DNA from: Camelus dromedarius
Lineage: Eukaryota
Length of the DNA stretch: 64,000 nt
Assembly: GCF_036321535.1 (NCBI RefSeq)
Contig: NC_087437.1
Span: forward strand, 93,126,001-93,190,000
Reading direction: 5' to 3'
The notes beneath the pieces were generated by a model. It was not told where the DNA came from. It was given only the letters and a program-made list of their open reading frames with translations, and did no database searches. The translations under genes were made by a program, and so were the position numbers. Numbering within the stretch: position 1 is the first letter of the stretch; every line of letters starts with the position of its first letter. Of this stretch, positions 10,711-24,069 are shown in pieces.

Positions 10711-13610
10711 TAATGTTTATTTTGCTGTGATGTTATGGAGACTGATTTTGAGTGAATATTAAAAAGCCTATCTCAGCCCTGACACCTTCCCCACATATAT
10801 GCACCAATGCACGATGGACTAGATGTAATACTATTTTTTTTTCCTTGAGGTACTATCTTGTGACTTGAAATTATACGAACCAACTCAGTTGTCTAAACTG
10901 CTCTCCAGCTCTAAACCTGGGCACCTTTAGAAGCTAAATTAACTATCTCTCCTGAGTAGGATAGTCAATCATGAGACTGCCCCTTGGTTTAGGAAACAGT
11001 AGTCCGCTCTGTAACCATTGATATGTAATTTGTTCATACTTGAGAAATTATGGTGCACTTATGAGACAGAAAGTATCTGGCACTTTTTTTTTTTAAGATC
11101 TCAGATTTTCCTTTACATTAATACCGACTGCTGCTTTTTTTGTTTTTAGCCTGATTATCATGACTTACAAGGAGTACGTGGAAGTCTTTCTACTAAAAAC
11201 TGGTTCAGTAATGAAAGAGATTAGCAAAAGAGATTTCTTTTTATAGCTAAACCTGTGTATTAGCCGTCTTTTTTATAACTTGAGTAAAGCTTTGAATCTG
11301 GGTCTGAAATGTGTTATTCGCTTTAACTTCAAAGTAGAGTAAGAGTCTGATTTTTCTGAAAGTGATGCCAGCTGATGGCGGTCCACACTGGGAAACACTC
11401 CCGAGTGTGATGCCTTCTGTGATGCGCTCCCTGTTACAGGTATGTTATTAATATCTTAGCCCTGCCAGGTCTGCATCATGTACCTGTTATTGACAATAGA
11501 ACGATGCACAACCGTGGTGTGTTGTGTTCTGGTTTATAATTTCGTAGCTTCGTATTTCTCATGTATAAAGAGATATGCTAGTTTTCTACTATGGCTCTTT
11601 AAAAATGACAAGAAATTACTTCACACCTAAGAACTCTCTTTTTTTTGTTCCCCTTCAACCTCTGTGGAAAGTCAGAAAGAGCAGAGTAGTCATATGCCAT
11701 ATTTTCATTATGCTGATTGACATTACTAACATGATCTTTAGATTTCACAGTGTAAGATTCAAATTTAACAATGTAATGGAACTTAATTGCCTTTGGCAAG
11801 TGTTTCCCCGCCCAAGAACAATAAATGGATGTTCCTAGGTAAGAAATATAAAAATATGTGCAAACAATAAAGTATTGAGTCCAAAATAGAATGTAGTTGG
11901 TTTTTTTTCCCCTATCATAGCAGACAGCCTTTCTAGAACATTTTAATATTGTAGTATATTTCACTTTACATCTTTATTTTTGTATCAGTAACATTCTCAT
12001 CATTATGTAGTTTAGTGAGAAGTTTTGTTTTTTTTTTTATTGGTTAAACATTTTCAATAATCACAACAGAGAGATGCAAAATTTTACACTGTGTGCCTTA
12101 TAATGTTTTTTCTCTGATGTGTTTATTACTAACATCAAAAATGAGAATGATTAATCTTTTTGGCTTTTTTAGAAGAAGTATTTTTACTGTTTTAATTTAT
12201 GTCCTAGAAAACATAGGTGATTACAGATTTCTTTCCATCATTTTTCAATATTAGCAAGTGAACATTAGCCATTGCCCTATTATCCAACATAGAATTTACC
12301 CCTCACGCTAATGAGGCTTGATGTTTCAATTAACATTAGTTCACTCTGAGAATACCATAGTTTTTAATAGTCAAAACTTGAACTGTAAACATTTTTCCTG
12401 GAATGTTTCCCGCTTCATACCACTTGAACTTTCAGGGTCAATTCATTTCATTTTTTTTTTTTTTTTCTGTACCTTTGATGTTTTTCACTTTGCCCTGTCT
12501 TTAGCTAATGTATTCATCTCTAACATAAAATGAAGGACTTAGCCACCATGTTCCTCAAGATCAAAAAATAACCAGTGACAATAAATTGACTTTTCTTGTG
12601 GCAGCTGTAGAAGAATGCACGCATTTTTTCCTCTGACTCCAGGCTCCCCTTAGCAATATCAATTCAACATTTGTCACCCATCAGGGTTATAGCCATTGCT
12701 ATGCGGGATCATACAGGAGGTTGTCTGGATAAGGAGCCTATTCTTCAAATAAAACAGAACAGAGTGCAGACAGATCTGGGGGAAGTGATGAAGGGTCATG
12801 TGTTTTCCTCTAGTGTTCTGCTTGCAGCTTCAGGGCAAATATCTCTTCACTCTCTCTGGTCCTGCATCTGGAATCTGGTGATGAAAGCATCATCAAATAG
12901 GTCTCCCACTGCTCTTCCTGCCTCGGATGAACCAGAGCAGACATACCTGATAGAAGCCAAAACGGCGAAGCCGCTTTCTGGTTGGTCTTACATCTCTCAG
13001 ACTATTGCTTTTTGCATGTTTTGAATCATGTCCCGAACCAGTTCTTTAGAATGGTGGGATTTCATTAATCTACACATTCCTTCTAGGGAGACAGGCGCTG
13101 AGCTATGGATTTCACTAGGTAGAATATTCTGACGAGAGAAAATAGAAATCCAAGGCGCAGCAATGTCATGTCCTTTATGCAGTGGAGTTCATTTATCATT
13201 CACGATGCGTGAGAATTGAAATGTAGATAAATTTTCCCGCTAAAGCCAGCCTGCAGGGGGGAAAAAATCAAATGAACTCCCTACTAATCTTTCTGCTCTA
13301 TTATCTCATTAATGGTGATTTGTAGAGAATTGCAGAGAAACATTCTTACTTTAGGGGAGAATTTCTTAATCGGTAGTGTGAGAAATTAAGATACAGTAGT
13401 TATAAGTGTTTTTGTCTCCATGATTTAAAACATTACATCTGGATTTTTAACTCTTGGCAAAAACTGTACAGAAAATAGGATGTTTATTTACGTGAATAAA
13501 AGGGACTCAGTGATAGATAGACTAAAGGACATGTCATTCAGAAGTTTACTTATGACTTACAGTTACTCTTGTCATTTCTGCTGGACCAGAGAGAGGTATT
13601 TGGCCCTCAT

Positions 13611-13820
13611 TTAAAAAAAAAAATTTTTTAATCGAAGTGTAGTTGATTTACAATGTTAGCTGCAGGTGTACAGCAAAGTGATTCTATTATACATATACAT
13701 ACTCAAATATGTTTTCTTTTAAGATACTTTTCATTATATGTTATTACAAGAAATGGAATATAGTTCCCCATGCTGTACAGTAGGTCCTTGTTTGGTCCTT
13801 GCTTGTTTTACATATAGTAA
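13611..13820 (-). mobile_element. 5'-truncated L1 3' end with 10-bp TSD
   Basis: L1 3' terminus signature (gaagtgtagttgatttacaatgtt...tatagttcccca tgctgtacagtagg). TSD TGGCCCTCAT at 13601-13610 and 13821-13830. Confidence 0.9.
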
Positions 13821-14358
13821 TGGCCCTCATCGATTGCTGTGTAGACTGTTTCACCTAGAAACCTGCACTGTGATTTAAAAGGGTGGTGTGATGGTATAAT
13901 GGTTAGAAGACTTGAGTTCAAGATACAGCTCTTTATTCCCAGTGCCTCATTTAAGAAAGCACTTAGCAACTTCATTCTTATCCAGAGTTATAAGACAGTT
14001 TTCTTAAAAAAACAAGCATCGTCATTGGTTTTAAAAATGGCTAGTATTTCATCAATAGCTGAGGGATGGTGAGTCAGCATTTGGAGACATCTTCCAAGTG
14101 TGTTGTCAGGAACAGACTGTCACCGTCACCTGCCACTGTCTGTCTGTCCTTCAAGGCTTCTGCACTAAGTTCTCCACACGATCCCAGGCAGGGAGGTGTG
14201 TGCTGCTTTGCAGAGAGAGGGGTCTTTGCATTTCCTCCACCATTGCAGACGACCAAAACATCAGTCCTCCTCCACCGCTACTTTTATTTGCTAATTCTAG
14301 CTTTTTCTCTGAAGGCATTAGGAAGTCCTAGTGAATTCCTTCCAGTGCAGTTAGTGTA

Positions 14359-14373
14359 CCGCCCCCTAGTGTC
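14359..14373 (-). promoter_or_regulatory. Candidate CTCF binding site
   Basis: Reverse complement GACACTAGGGGGCGG is one mismatch from the CTCF core. Confidence 0.55.
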
Positions 14374-15499
14374 TCAGCTGCTCCCAGACTCTGCACTTAC
14401 ACAATCCTGAAATTCAGCATCCTCTTGCTGGCAACCAATAGGTCAGGGTAAACTGTATACGCAGTGAAATGGCCACAGGTGCCCTCCAGTGAGACACAGC
14501 AACCAGGTGTCAAGGGCCTCTGAATCTTTCCCTCTTCCCCTTGTGCCCACAGCCCAGGATATACCACTGACAGGAAGAATAAACAACAGGAAACAAGAAC
14601 TGCAAAAGAGAGCGCATAGGTTAGAAAGAGTTGGGACCATTATTTGTTTGTTTGTTTGCTTTTGCTTTTGTTTTGGGGTTTTTTTGTATTGAAAGTCTGT
14701 GCTGTCATCAGAAACACACATCTTCATTAAATAAATGTTTGCACGATTAATTAATTTCTTGAAGAAGCAGGTAAGTTATCAACCACTGATCTGCCATTTC
14801 CACAGTTGTCTGGGACTTACAAGACAGTGCAAAGCAGAAAACTAAGACATAGCTATAACTCCAAATTACTTTGCCACACAAGGATATAAAATTAAATGAG
14901 GTAAGTGTTCAAATTGTTTGTGCCTACTTGTCTAAGGTAATACAGGAAATAACGGTAGATGTATGACTAAACCCTTCGAACATGTATGTATTTATAGCAT
15001 ACACATGGGTGCATGAATGCACACAGACACACGTAAATAGTTTGTAAGTAAATTGAAAACTCACAAAGTTCACTGATTCCAATATTTATCTTCAACTAAA
15101 GAATCACTTGATCTCTGTGTTTAATACTCATACTCAACTTTAGATTTTTTTCTTATCATATTAAGAGCATCAGTCTAAACAAGTGATTTTATTTGGATTT
15201 AGAGAAGTTTGCAAATCTTGTAATGAAATGCAGTATATGTCTTAATCCCTTTACAGAAGTTCTCACCTCAGACTAATTGGCTATCAGTCTTTTGTTTTTC
15301 CTCTAGAAAGAGAGGAGGGCAGAAAAGAAATACCTTTATTACTTCTTTCTTTATATCCGCTAGGGATTCTTTTTGACTGAGTTGTAGTGTCACTTTCCAT
15401 TCACGCCAGTAATATACATAATAAAAAACTTTGCATGTAACTTCATTTCACAGATGCCTCTAGCCAAGCTGTCAACTATTGATTAAAATCAGTCATGAA

Positions 15500-15633
15500 G
15501 GGAGTGAGGGGTATAGCTCAGTGGTAGAGCGAGTGCTTGGAATGCATGAGGTCCTGGGTTCAATCCCCAGTGCCTCCATTAAAGAGGGGAAAAATAATTT
15601 TTTAATTTAAAATATTTTTTAAATTAAAAAAAA
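15500..15633 (+). mobile_element. tRNA-Ala-derived SINE (camelid vic-1-like)
   Basis: 15507-15578 resembles tRNA-Ala(AGC), with A-box TAGCTCAGTGG and B-box GGTTCAATCCC. It has extra 5' G-rich bases, a mutated anticodon arm and an AT-rich tail. Confidence 0.85.
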
Positions 15634-16596
15634 CCATGATAAAGAGGTTCCCCCACACACACAGAGTCACAGTCTGTCCCCTCTACTGTTCCTTATGATA
15701 AGTGGGCATGACTCAGCTATCCAGAAGCAGCAGTAGAACGGGTAATTCTGCTAGTCCTAAGCAGAGATATATCCTTAAAGACATACTGCACTGACTACTA
15801 TATTGAATGTTTCCTTGTTCCTAAGCCCTTTGCTAGAACTGTATACACATTCTTCTGAGTCATCTGAACCCTGAAAAGTAATGATGATTATCCTTGTTTG
15901 GGTCTAGGCTCACGCTGACCCAACTCCCTCTGCTGCCTTCCACGATGGATCATTGGTGGTCTCTGGATCAGGGGTAAAACTTAGGCTCTCTCGTTTGTAC
16001 TGTTTGTCTTCCGTTGGTTTTGAACGTCTTTGGTGGGGGAAGGGATGGCACTCAAAGCCAAGCAGGTGTGTAATGCCCTACCCTCTGTTTCAAGACGGTG
16101 TTCAAGTTCCAGGAATTATTTTTGTCATGTGTGGCATCGAAATAAAAATGTAAAAGATCATGAACTCAGCCCCCAGACCCTGGTCTCTAATTTTACCTAC
16201 CTAAAGAAGAACCAGAACTTCTTGGAGAAATGAATGATTCTAGGACAGGGGCAGGGTATATACAAGATAAGCCTGGGGCTTCTTGTAATGCCAGAAAGTA
16301 GGGAGGTGACCCCAAATCAAAAGAATGGAGAACAATCTGAGCAACAAAATAATGTGCTATCACATAAAGGGTAAAATATCCATCAATTCATACGGATACA
16401 AACGATTGACTCAATAGACAAATGGGGGAGAAGAGACACATCTCCTGTACTGAATGCTGAATGATTTTTGTAGACACTCCCCCTTAAGAAGGTTGAGCTT
16501 AACTCTCCCTAACACCACCTCCCTCCCTCGAGGGTGGGCTGTACTTAGTGACTGCCTTCTAAAGAGCTGAGTAAGTAAAAGGGGATAATGACTTTG

Positions 16597-17243
16597 TGTG
16601 GGAGCCCATGACTGGGTTAACAAATTGTAACAGACCCCAGCCGCTTGTCTCATTAAAGAAGAGCAAATGTGCTTAGGTTTTAGATAGCACTCTGCTGATT
16701 GCAAAGCAACGACCCAGGCCCTCAGCTATAAACACTGGGCGTGCCTGCTGCTAGATAGTCTATCCCCAAAACAGCCTTGGGCTGGAATGGTAAACAAGTT
16801 ATACAAAGCTGCAGACTGAGAGGTGAGAAGGCTGGTTAGCCAATGACGGGTAAGATCCCCTGAGGGGGGCAACCTAAGACAGGCACAGCCACCTGAATCC
16901 AAGAAAAATGTTGTTAAGGAGCTGTTTCTCATACATTCCACTCTGATAAGCTGAAAGGATCAACGCGAACATGATTTACCAAAACAAAAAGGGTCTTCTG
17001 ATCTTGAGCCAAACACCAACAATAAACAAAGCCTTTGTACTCATTGTGATCCCACCCTGTCCTTCCCTAAATTCCAGCATTCCAACTGTTAGTGATTCCT
17101 CCTTTGATTGTACACAATAAATATGGGAGCATTTGAGAGGTTCTTGGAGTTGGCTCCCGACTCCCTCTCACTCTCTTGACTTTTTCCAGAGTCTCGAGTC
17201 ATTCATTCCATCTCGGTGGGATTTCTGCTGGCCAGAACCCACA
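16597..17243 (+). mobile_element. Solo ERV LTR, probably ERV2/ERVK class, 647 bp
   Basis: TGTGGG...CCCACA inverted termini, perfect 6-bp TSD ACTTTG (16591-16596, 17244-17249) and internal AATAAA (~17116). Confidence 0.85.
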
Positions 17244-17564
17244 ACTTTGCAGTGGAAAAATCTGGAAAACTACTCAGCCAGGTGGTCATGGTTAGCATCA
17301 TCAGTAAGTCATGTTGATAGCATGTACTTTTGATATGATGTAATAAGATTGATGAAAATGGCAAAAATACAACCCCCAAAACCTGTAACTCTAGCCTAAC
17401 TGTGATAAAAAAAATCACACACACACAAATGAAAAGCTGTATACACATATGCATTGTATACATGCACACAATATGGACATTATATGAGATTATACATATA
17501 AGATTTTGTATGTGTGTATAAGATTTTATTATTATATATATCTCTCTTTATATAAAATACACAA

Positions 17565-18353
17565 GGCAAATATCAAGAGATAAATTTCAAGAAATTGGCT
17601 CCTGGGGTTATGGGAACTGGCAAAGTCCAAAATCTGTAGGTTGGGCTGGCAAAGTTGAAACTCAGATAAGAGCCACTCTTGCAGTTTTGAGGCAGAATTC
17701 CTTCTCTGGAAAACCTCAGTTTTTGCTCCTCAGGCCTTCAACTGTTTGGATGAGGCCCCACCCACATTATCAAGGGTGATCTATAAAGTCAACTCACTGT
17801 ACAGATCTTCCTCTACTTTACAATGGAGTTGCATGCTGGTAAAACCATCTTAAGTTAAAAAGATTGGAAATGAAAATGCATTCAAGATACCTAACCAACT
17901 GAACATCACAGCTTAGCCTAGCCCATCTTAAACGTGCTCATCTAACACCAAGCCTGTCTTATAGACCAGTGTTGAGTATCTCATGTCATTTACTGAACGC
18001 TGTACTGGAAGTGAAAAACAGAATGGTTCTGTCAGTTGTCTGCCCTCGTGATCCTGTTGCTGACTGGGCGCTGTGTCTTGCCCAGCATCCCAAGAGGATG
18101 TGGTACTGCTTATCACTATCCCAGGAAAGAATTGAGATTCAAATTTTGATGTCCAGTCTCTACTGAATGTGTATTGCTTTCACACCATTGTAAAGGTGAA
18201 AAGTCAGAAGTTGAACCATCCTAAGTCAGGGACCATCTGTAGATGTTGACCACCACATCTACAAAATACCTTCACTGTGACACCCAGATTCACGTGTAGT
18301 TGGATAACTGAGTACTGTAATCTAGCCAAGGTGACATAGAAGAGTAACCATCA
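17565..18353 (-). mobile_element. MLT2-like (ERVL) LTR interrupted by a Tigger element
   Basis: MLT2-type sequence (gaaattggctc...ctggcaaagtccaaaatctgtagg; cacatctacaaaataccttcac...tagccaaggtgaca) on both sides of 17802-18239. Confidence 0.75.
17802..18239. mobile_element. Tigger4/Zombi-like non-autonomous TcMar DNA transposon
   Basis: CAGAT...ATCTG termini flanked by TA on both sides. Internal acatcacagcttagcctagcc..cttaaacgtgctca signature. Confidence 0.8.
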
Positions 18354-20153
18354 TGGAGATACCTACACAGACAAGGAAATGCCAGACAAGATCAGTCCAA
18401 GAGACTGTCACAACCCAGAGTCAGCTAAGAGGCACGAGGACTAAATGCACTGTGGTGTCCAAGATGGGCTTCTGGAACAGAGAAGACGCCTTAGGGAAAA
18501 AAATAATGAAACTCAAATAAAATGTAGAGTTTAGTTCATAGAAGACGCCTAAACAGATAATTCCCCTTTACAGAGAAAAGGAGTATTAGAACAAAGCACA
18601 TCCAGGCTTTCAGGGAGACAAACCAAAACTGAAAACAGACTGAGCTTTGGAGGCTAACAGCCTGACCTCAATTTTCTAAAGTGGCAGAAATAATGATGGC
18701 CAGTCGTCCTTTCACCGTCTTCTTCCCTGACCAGCAACCTGAGCAAGGCTCTAAAATTATGACTACATGAGAGCCGATGTCTAAACCTTATGTCTTACTG
18801 ATCTGCACTGGATTACTTTTCTGAGATATTATACTTCTTATTTGGGTAGTAGCCTCCAAGTGAGCAAATAAACCATTCTGAAACTGAGTCTCAGGAGTTT
18901 TGGTAAAACTTGTTCCACATTTGACTTACCAGTAATCCTATAGGCAAAATAATTCATTTGGATCCTCAGGCATATATATTTCAACAATTTATCTTGGCAC
19001 AACATTTCATGTTAAGAAATAAGATGTTCAAAAATGTTCTCCAAAGATTAGGAGCTTGACAGCAATCCTCAGGCCAGGCAAAGAGAGGCTGCAATTACAA
19101 GTAAACCCTAAAATCTTAATGATGGAACAAAACAAGAGTTTTTTTCCTTTCACATGACGTTTCAGTGCAGAACATATGACCCTTCTCCATATTGTAGTTA
19201 TGCTGTCTGAAATATGTGACCTCCAGGAAGAACAAAAAATCTCAGAATTACAAGAATAAGTCCAGGCTTGGGAGTGGCTTACACCCTCGTGTTTCACCTT
19301 GTTAGCCAGAATTCAGTCACACTATCCTGAACTAACCGCAGAGGAGGCTGGATCTTTTTTTGTGCAGGAAGGGGAAACAGTGCAATAAAAACGTAGCATA
19401 GCATCCGCCCTAATTGTCAACCAAGTTTGGGAAATCTTATGCACTTTATTCCCCCTTACAAACTCATAATGCAAATTAAATATTAAAGACCCTGAGAATG
19501 CCTGTAACAAGGAAACTGGTGTAACGTTGTTTAACTCAGTGTTTCTGGAACTTATTCAACATTGTTTAACTCAGTCCTCATCCACAAGGGACATCAATAA
19601 ACATCTTGGAGAAAAAACCATCACATTTGTTTAAACACAGTTAGGATAAACTTGAAGACACATTGCTTTTCTTCCTCTATGCTTCTCCCACCAATAACTC
19701 GTCTTTCAAACGTCTCTGTGTGTGTGCATATTCAGTTCACTTGTCTTCAAGGTCAGCTTATCTAGAAGTCAACATTTCCATTAAAATCACTTCTTAATCT
19801 CATAGCTTAACCATCCATGGACAATTTAATTCCCTAGGTTCAAATTCTCCTGATGGGTGTTTAGCTGGATCCCCAAATACTTATCTCAAAGTTCTCAGGA
19901 ACAAGTTTCCCCAGGTTATGAGAACTCTTAGGACTAGATTAAAGTCCAACTGCTTAGAAAAAGAGTGTAGTTTCAAGTCATGCATTTTATTTACCTGATT
20001 CGGGGGTTGATCTGGGTTTTTAGTGGTGGTTGTTATTGTTGTTACCCTAATCTTCATTTGCTCTGATTATTCTTACATATTCAAATTTCATTTTTATATC
20101 CCCTCTTGTAGTATATATATGTGATCCATCCAAACCATTTTTGGAGTAAGGCA

Positions 20154-20212
20154 GTAGATAGATGAATGATAGATAGATTATAGACTAGATAGATAGATAG
20201 ACAGACAGAAAG
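20154..20212. repeat. (GATA)n/(GACA)n compound microsatellite
   Basis: Seen directly. Confidence 0.85.
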
Positions 20213-20984
20213 ATGAATAAAATTTAAATACGGCTTTGGTTGTCATGGTAGCATACTCTGTAGCTATGTTTTCCCACATTTTGTGACTAGTTGCTGAGGA
20301 ACCATGTGGAGCAAATGAGAAGTACAGGAGCTTCCCTTGATATTTCACTAGTCTAAAACCTGGATTTCCTAGATTCACGAAGATTTCTTTCCAATACTGT
20401 TACAGCCAGATATTAAATCTCATTGTAATGTGTTAAACATTTTAATGTACATATGAAAAAAGATGAATATTTTGTATGTGACAAAACAATAAATTCTTAC
20501 ACCTTTTATCATTTGCCTATTTCTTTATACATATATATCATTAAAGATTTATTATATCAGGATCTGAAAGTAATATAAAGGTTAAGATAAACTCAATATT
20601 AGATAAAAATAAAAACTAAACTTGGGTAAAAAAATATATAAATTTATTGACAGGCAGTTACAGAAGTGAAGTTAGTCATACTCACTTTAGTTTCTTTCTT
20701 CAGAGGGAGCATTCCCAAATACAAATCATTCTTTTCCCCCCAGCCAGTTATTTCTAGTACTTCTCATATTCCTAGCACAAGTATGATGTGGGCCCTTTCT
20801 TGACATGCTGGCTGGCTAGCCAAAAGTCAGTTTAAAAAAAGATAAGGTTGTTGTTCATTCATTATGATTCATTCATATATTGAGATCCTATGCCAGGTTC
20901 TAGGAATGTAACGATAAATAAGTAATAGAATTTCACAATTTCGTATGCTGACTGTCATCTCAGAGGAGCAGATAGATTTGTTGT

Positions 20985-21430
20985 TGTGGCAGCGTGTACA
21001 AGTTTCCAACCCAACATCCATACTTCTGTCTTCTATAATTATAGAACCATTATTCAGGTGCCGAAAGACATAATTTTTTCCCATCCATGTGATTAAATTC
21101 CAAGCAAGGAAAGAAGTTAGGTGGAACTTCCAGGAAGTTTCCTTAAAAGGAAAAATAGAAAATCAGAACCTTTAGCAATAACAACTTTTACCTTCTCCTT
21201 TGGCTGGTTGGAATGTGGAGATCAGCATGCATTTTAGATCATGAAGAGCTTTACATACTCGATGGCAGATGGGAAGATAGAAGATGCTAGACTCCTCGTG
21301 ATTATAGATCAATCATACAACCACGGACTGCCTTTACTCTGGGTTTATTTTATGTAGAAAAAAAAGTCCTTATAAATTTACTAATATATTTAGGATTCTC
21401 TGTTAATGCAGCCAATCTAATCCTAAATGA
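20985..21430 (+). mobile_element. Old MaLR LTR (MLT1-like)
   Basis: tgtggcag start and MLT1-type end (ctctgttaatgcagccaatctaatcctaaatga). Confidence 0.5.
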
Positions 21431-23019
21431 TTTACTTACCAGTGAAACTAAATGACCTGATTGATGGGAGAAGTCAAGACCGAGACCTTGCGTGCATATT
21501 AAAGTACGTAGGTGAATGAGGTCATAGATGTACAGAAAGAAGGCAGAGTGGCGTAGTAGATGTAAGAAATTACATCGAACGCTCTCTGGACACATATTCA
21601 TTCAAGTTGAGGTAGTAGTTCAGAGTCAGGTTTTATGAAGGAAGAAGATAAAAAATAAGGGTAAAATGATTTTAGAACCAGTTTATAAATTCCCTTCAAT
21701 GTCCCAGCTAAGAAGGTTGGATTATATTTTACTGATTATATAGTCATTAAGGATTATGTCCAAAGTAAGAGAAAAATAACAATATTTAGAGTTGAATGGA
21801 ACTTCAAATCCATTCCTCTAACGATCTTCAAAACGTGCTGGGGGGGATCCTCTTGCAAACTACTTGGCGGGTCGGGGGCCAGTGCCAGGAATCTGGGGTG
21901 GCTGACTGGGTAGGTCTACACAGCACCACAGTTCCTCATTCAGAGCGACTCTGCTTTTGTCTGTTTATAATTCCATATGGCACTTCTTTGAACCAAATGT
22001 TGCAAGGTTAACAAAATATGAAATTTACCAGTTTACACCCATCCGTTCATTGTATTCATTGGAAAATTTTGACTCCAAGGAGCCTTTTGCCCATGATCGC
22101 CCCACAAATTAGGACTTGGCCACAAGTCCACAGAACATTAGCCTGTTTCCCCCATTATGGTGTGGTGCACACAAGAGCTGTAACTCAGGAACGTGCTCTA
22201 AAAATGTACTTTGCAGGGGATAAAAGTCAGCAGCTGGGGGACCAGTCGTAAAACCAAGTGCAACTGCTACTCCAGACACAGGGATGGCCCGAAGCCAGAG
22301 CAGTTCCAGCAGAACTGTACAGGCAAGGACACCTATCGATCACCCCCGAATGCATCCTAAGCCTCTTTCATCAACAGTGCAACCGAACTCCTGCTTTTAA
22401 TTCTCTGTGTTTTAAATGCTCATCATGATTTCTCTTTTTTCTGGTTGCACCTTGACTTACACGCTTTTCCACTCTCTCTTATGGACTACCATCTCGTTTT
22501 CCCCTAGTGACAACTTCACTCCTGCTCTCAGATCTCACTAGGTGAGATAACCAACACAAAGACTCTTCTTACCTAGGACGTTCTTCTGGTGCTAAATATC
22601 GTATCAGTCAGGAAAACAGACATCATTACAAATATTACAAATACAAAGTGATTTATTATTAGGCACATGACAGGACTGGTAAAGCAAAAGTGAGGAAACA
22701 TACTTCTGGCTTTCAGAAGTTCCAGAAATATAAGGCTTACAGAAAAGCCACTGCTAATACACTTAGCTCCCTGCAACAGCAAAGCCAGTGAGTCTTAGGA
22801 GGACGCCTGGATACTGCTTAGATTACTGCTGATTATCACAGCTGCCTGCAGCACCGAAGTGGGCAGTTCTCAGGAGAATGCTTGGAAGCTCCTGACAGAG
22901 CCCCATCTCTGCCGTCTGCTGATGTCCTTCCTCTAAGAGGGGTAAGGAATTTCCCAAGCAAGAACACCCAAAATACAGCCCAGGGCAGGTGGAAGAGGCC
23001 GAAACTGACTCACTGTTAC

Positions 23020-24069
23020 ACCTAGTCCTTGCTTTGCATGGTGATAAGGAACATAAAAATGACTGTGCATGCTGAAACCATGCAAAGAACCTCAACAATC
23101 AAGAAGCAAATTACAACTGTTTTACAATCTTTAAAAATGTTTGTCAAAGCATTAAAATCTCTCCTACTGTAGGTTATAAATGTAAAGGAAAATTTAAACA
23201 ATAGCAAAACTGGCATTTATTTAGTGCACAGTAATTTAACACATTTGAAGCACCAACAAGTAATGTGTTTGGTTTCTTTGTGTAAAACGCGTCAGGAGTA
23301 GTTTGAACAGTGCTTGCCTTTTTGTCATATAACTTCCTATGTGGAGGGAACTTATTTTCTATGTCCTGGTGAACTGTACTCCTTTCTAAGTTTAGATCAC
23401 CTTCCAACATTTTATAGTTTGAACTTTCAGTTCCATGAAATATCTCTGAGAATTCCTTTCATGTAGTTATTTGCCAGCATCACTTCTACTGGGAAATCTT
23501 TATCCTTTGTGTCACAACCACTGTTCTCATTGAGGTCAAGCTCATCTTCAGTGAACTAGTGAATATCTAGCACATCTGAAGTCTCTTAAATATTGGAGAT
23601 GTCAACATTCCCACAGTCAGTAGTTTTTTCTATGACATTTACATTTGATTTGAAGTTCCTTTCCATCAGTATCACTTATCATTTCTCCGTTGCACTGTCA
23701 TCTTTGTTGGCCAACTTCCTTTTCCAATTACCCATTTTTGTAAAAAAGGGCACATGGGTTTGTCATGGAAGACAAGGAGTAAACACAACTACATATAATT
23801 GTGTGTAAACTGAATAACACACTGTGACCACTTATTTGAGTACCTTGAAAGGAGTTATTTTATTGGCCACTGATCATGAAGCACAGCTGTTATTTACAGA
23901 ATGACTTATAGACTGAGGAGCTGCTGGGAGGTTCATACTTTTTGCAGTCACTCAGTCAATACGCCTTGGCAACTGGAATTTGAATTGTGCTGTTTGGAAC
24001 TGACATTATTTAACTAAAACACGGTGATGGAAGTTCTTGTATGTAGGAATCTCGCCAAGGGAGGACTGT
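23020..24069 (-). mobile_element. Tigger/pogo-family DNA transposon remnant with transposase C-terminal fragment
   Basis: Degenerate inverted termini (agtccttgctttgc / gccaagggaggactg). ORF 23174..23410 contains KLYDKKASTVQTTPDAF, resembling Tigger transposase C-termini. Confidence 0.65.

Larger units (their letters stand above)
16200..18540 (+). mobile_element. Ancient L1 (L1MC/L1MD-like) 3' region split into three pieces (~16200-16596, 17244-17420, 18370-18540) by younger insertions
   Basis: Characteristic segments (gagaaatg..tgattc..gggcagg..tacaagataagcctgg; actttgcagtggaaaaatctgg; gactaaatgcactgtggtgtcc..gatggg..tctggaacag) read on across the inserts. Confidence 0.65.

Noticed and set aside
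11368..11381. CTCF-like CCAGCTGATGGCGG on the + strand
   Set aside because: It has a mismatch at the strongly conserved A of the core, too weak to call without data.
15507..15578. Functional tRNA gene
   Set aside because: The anticodon arm is mutated, and the 5' extension and AT-rich tail fit a tRNA-derived SINE.
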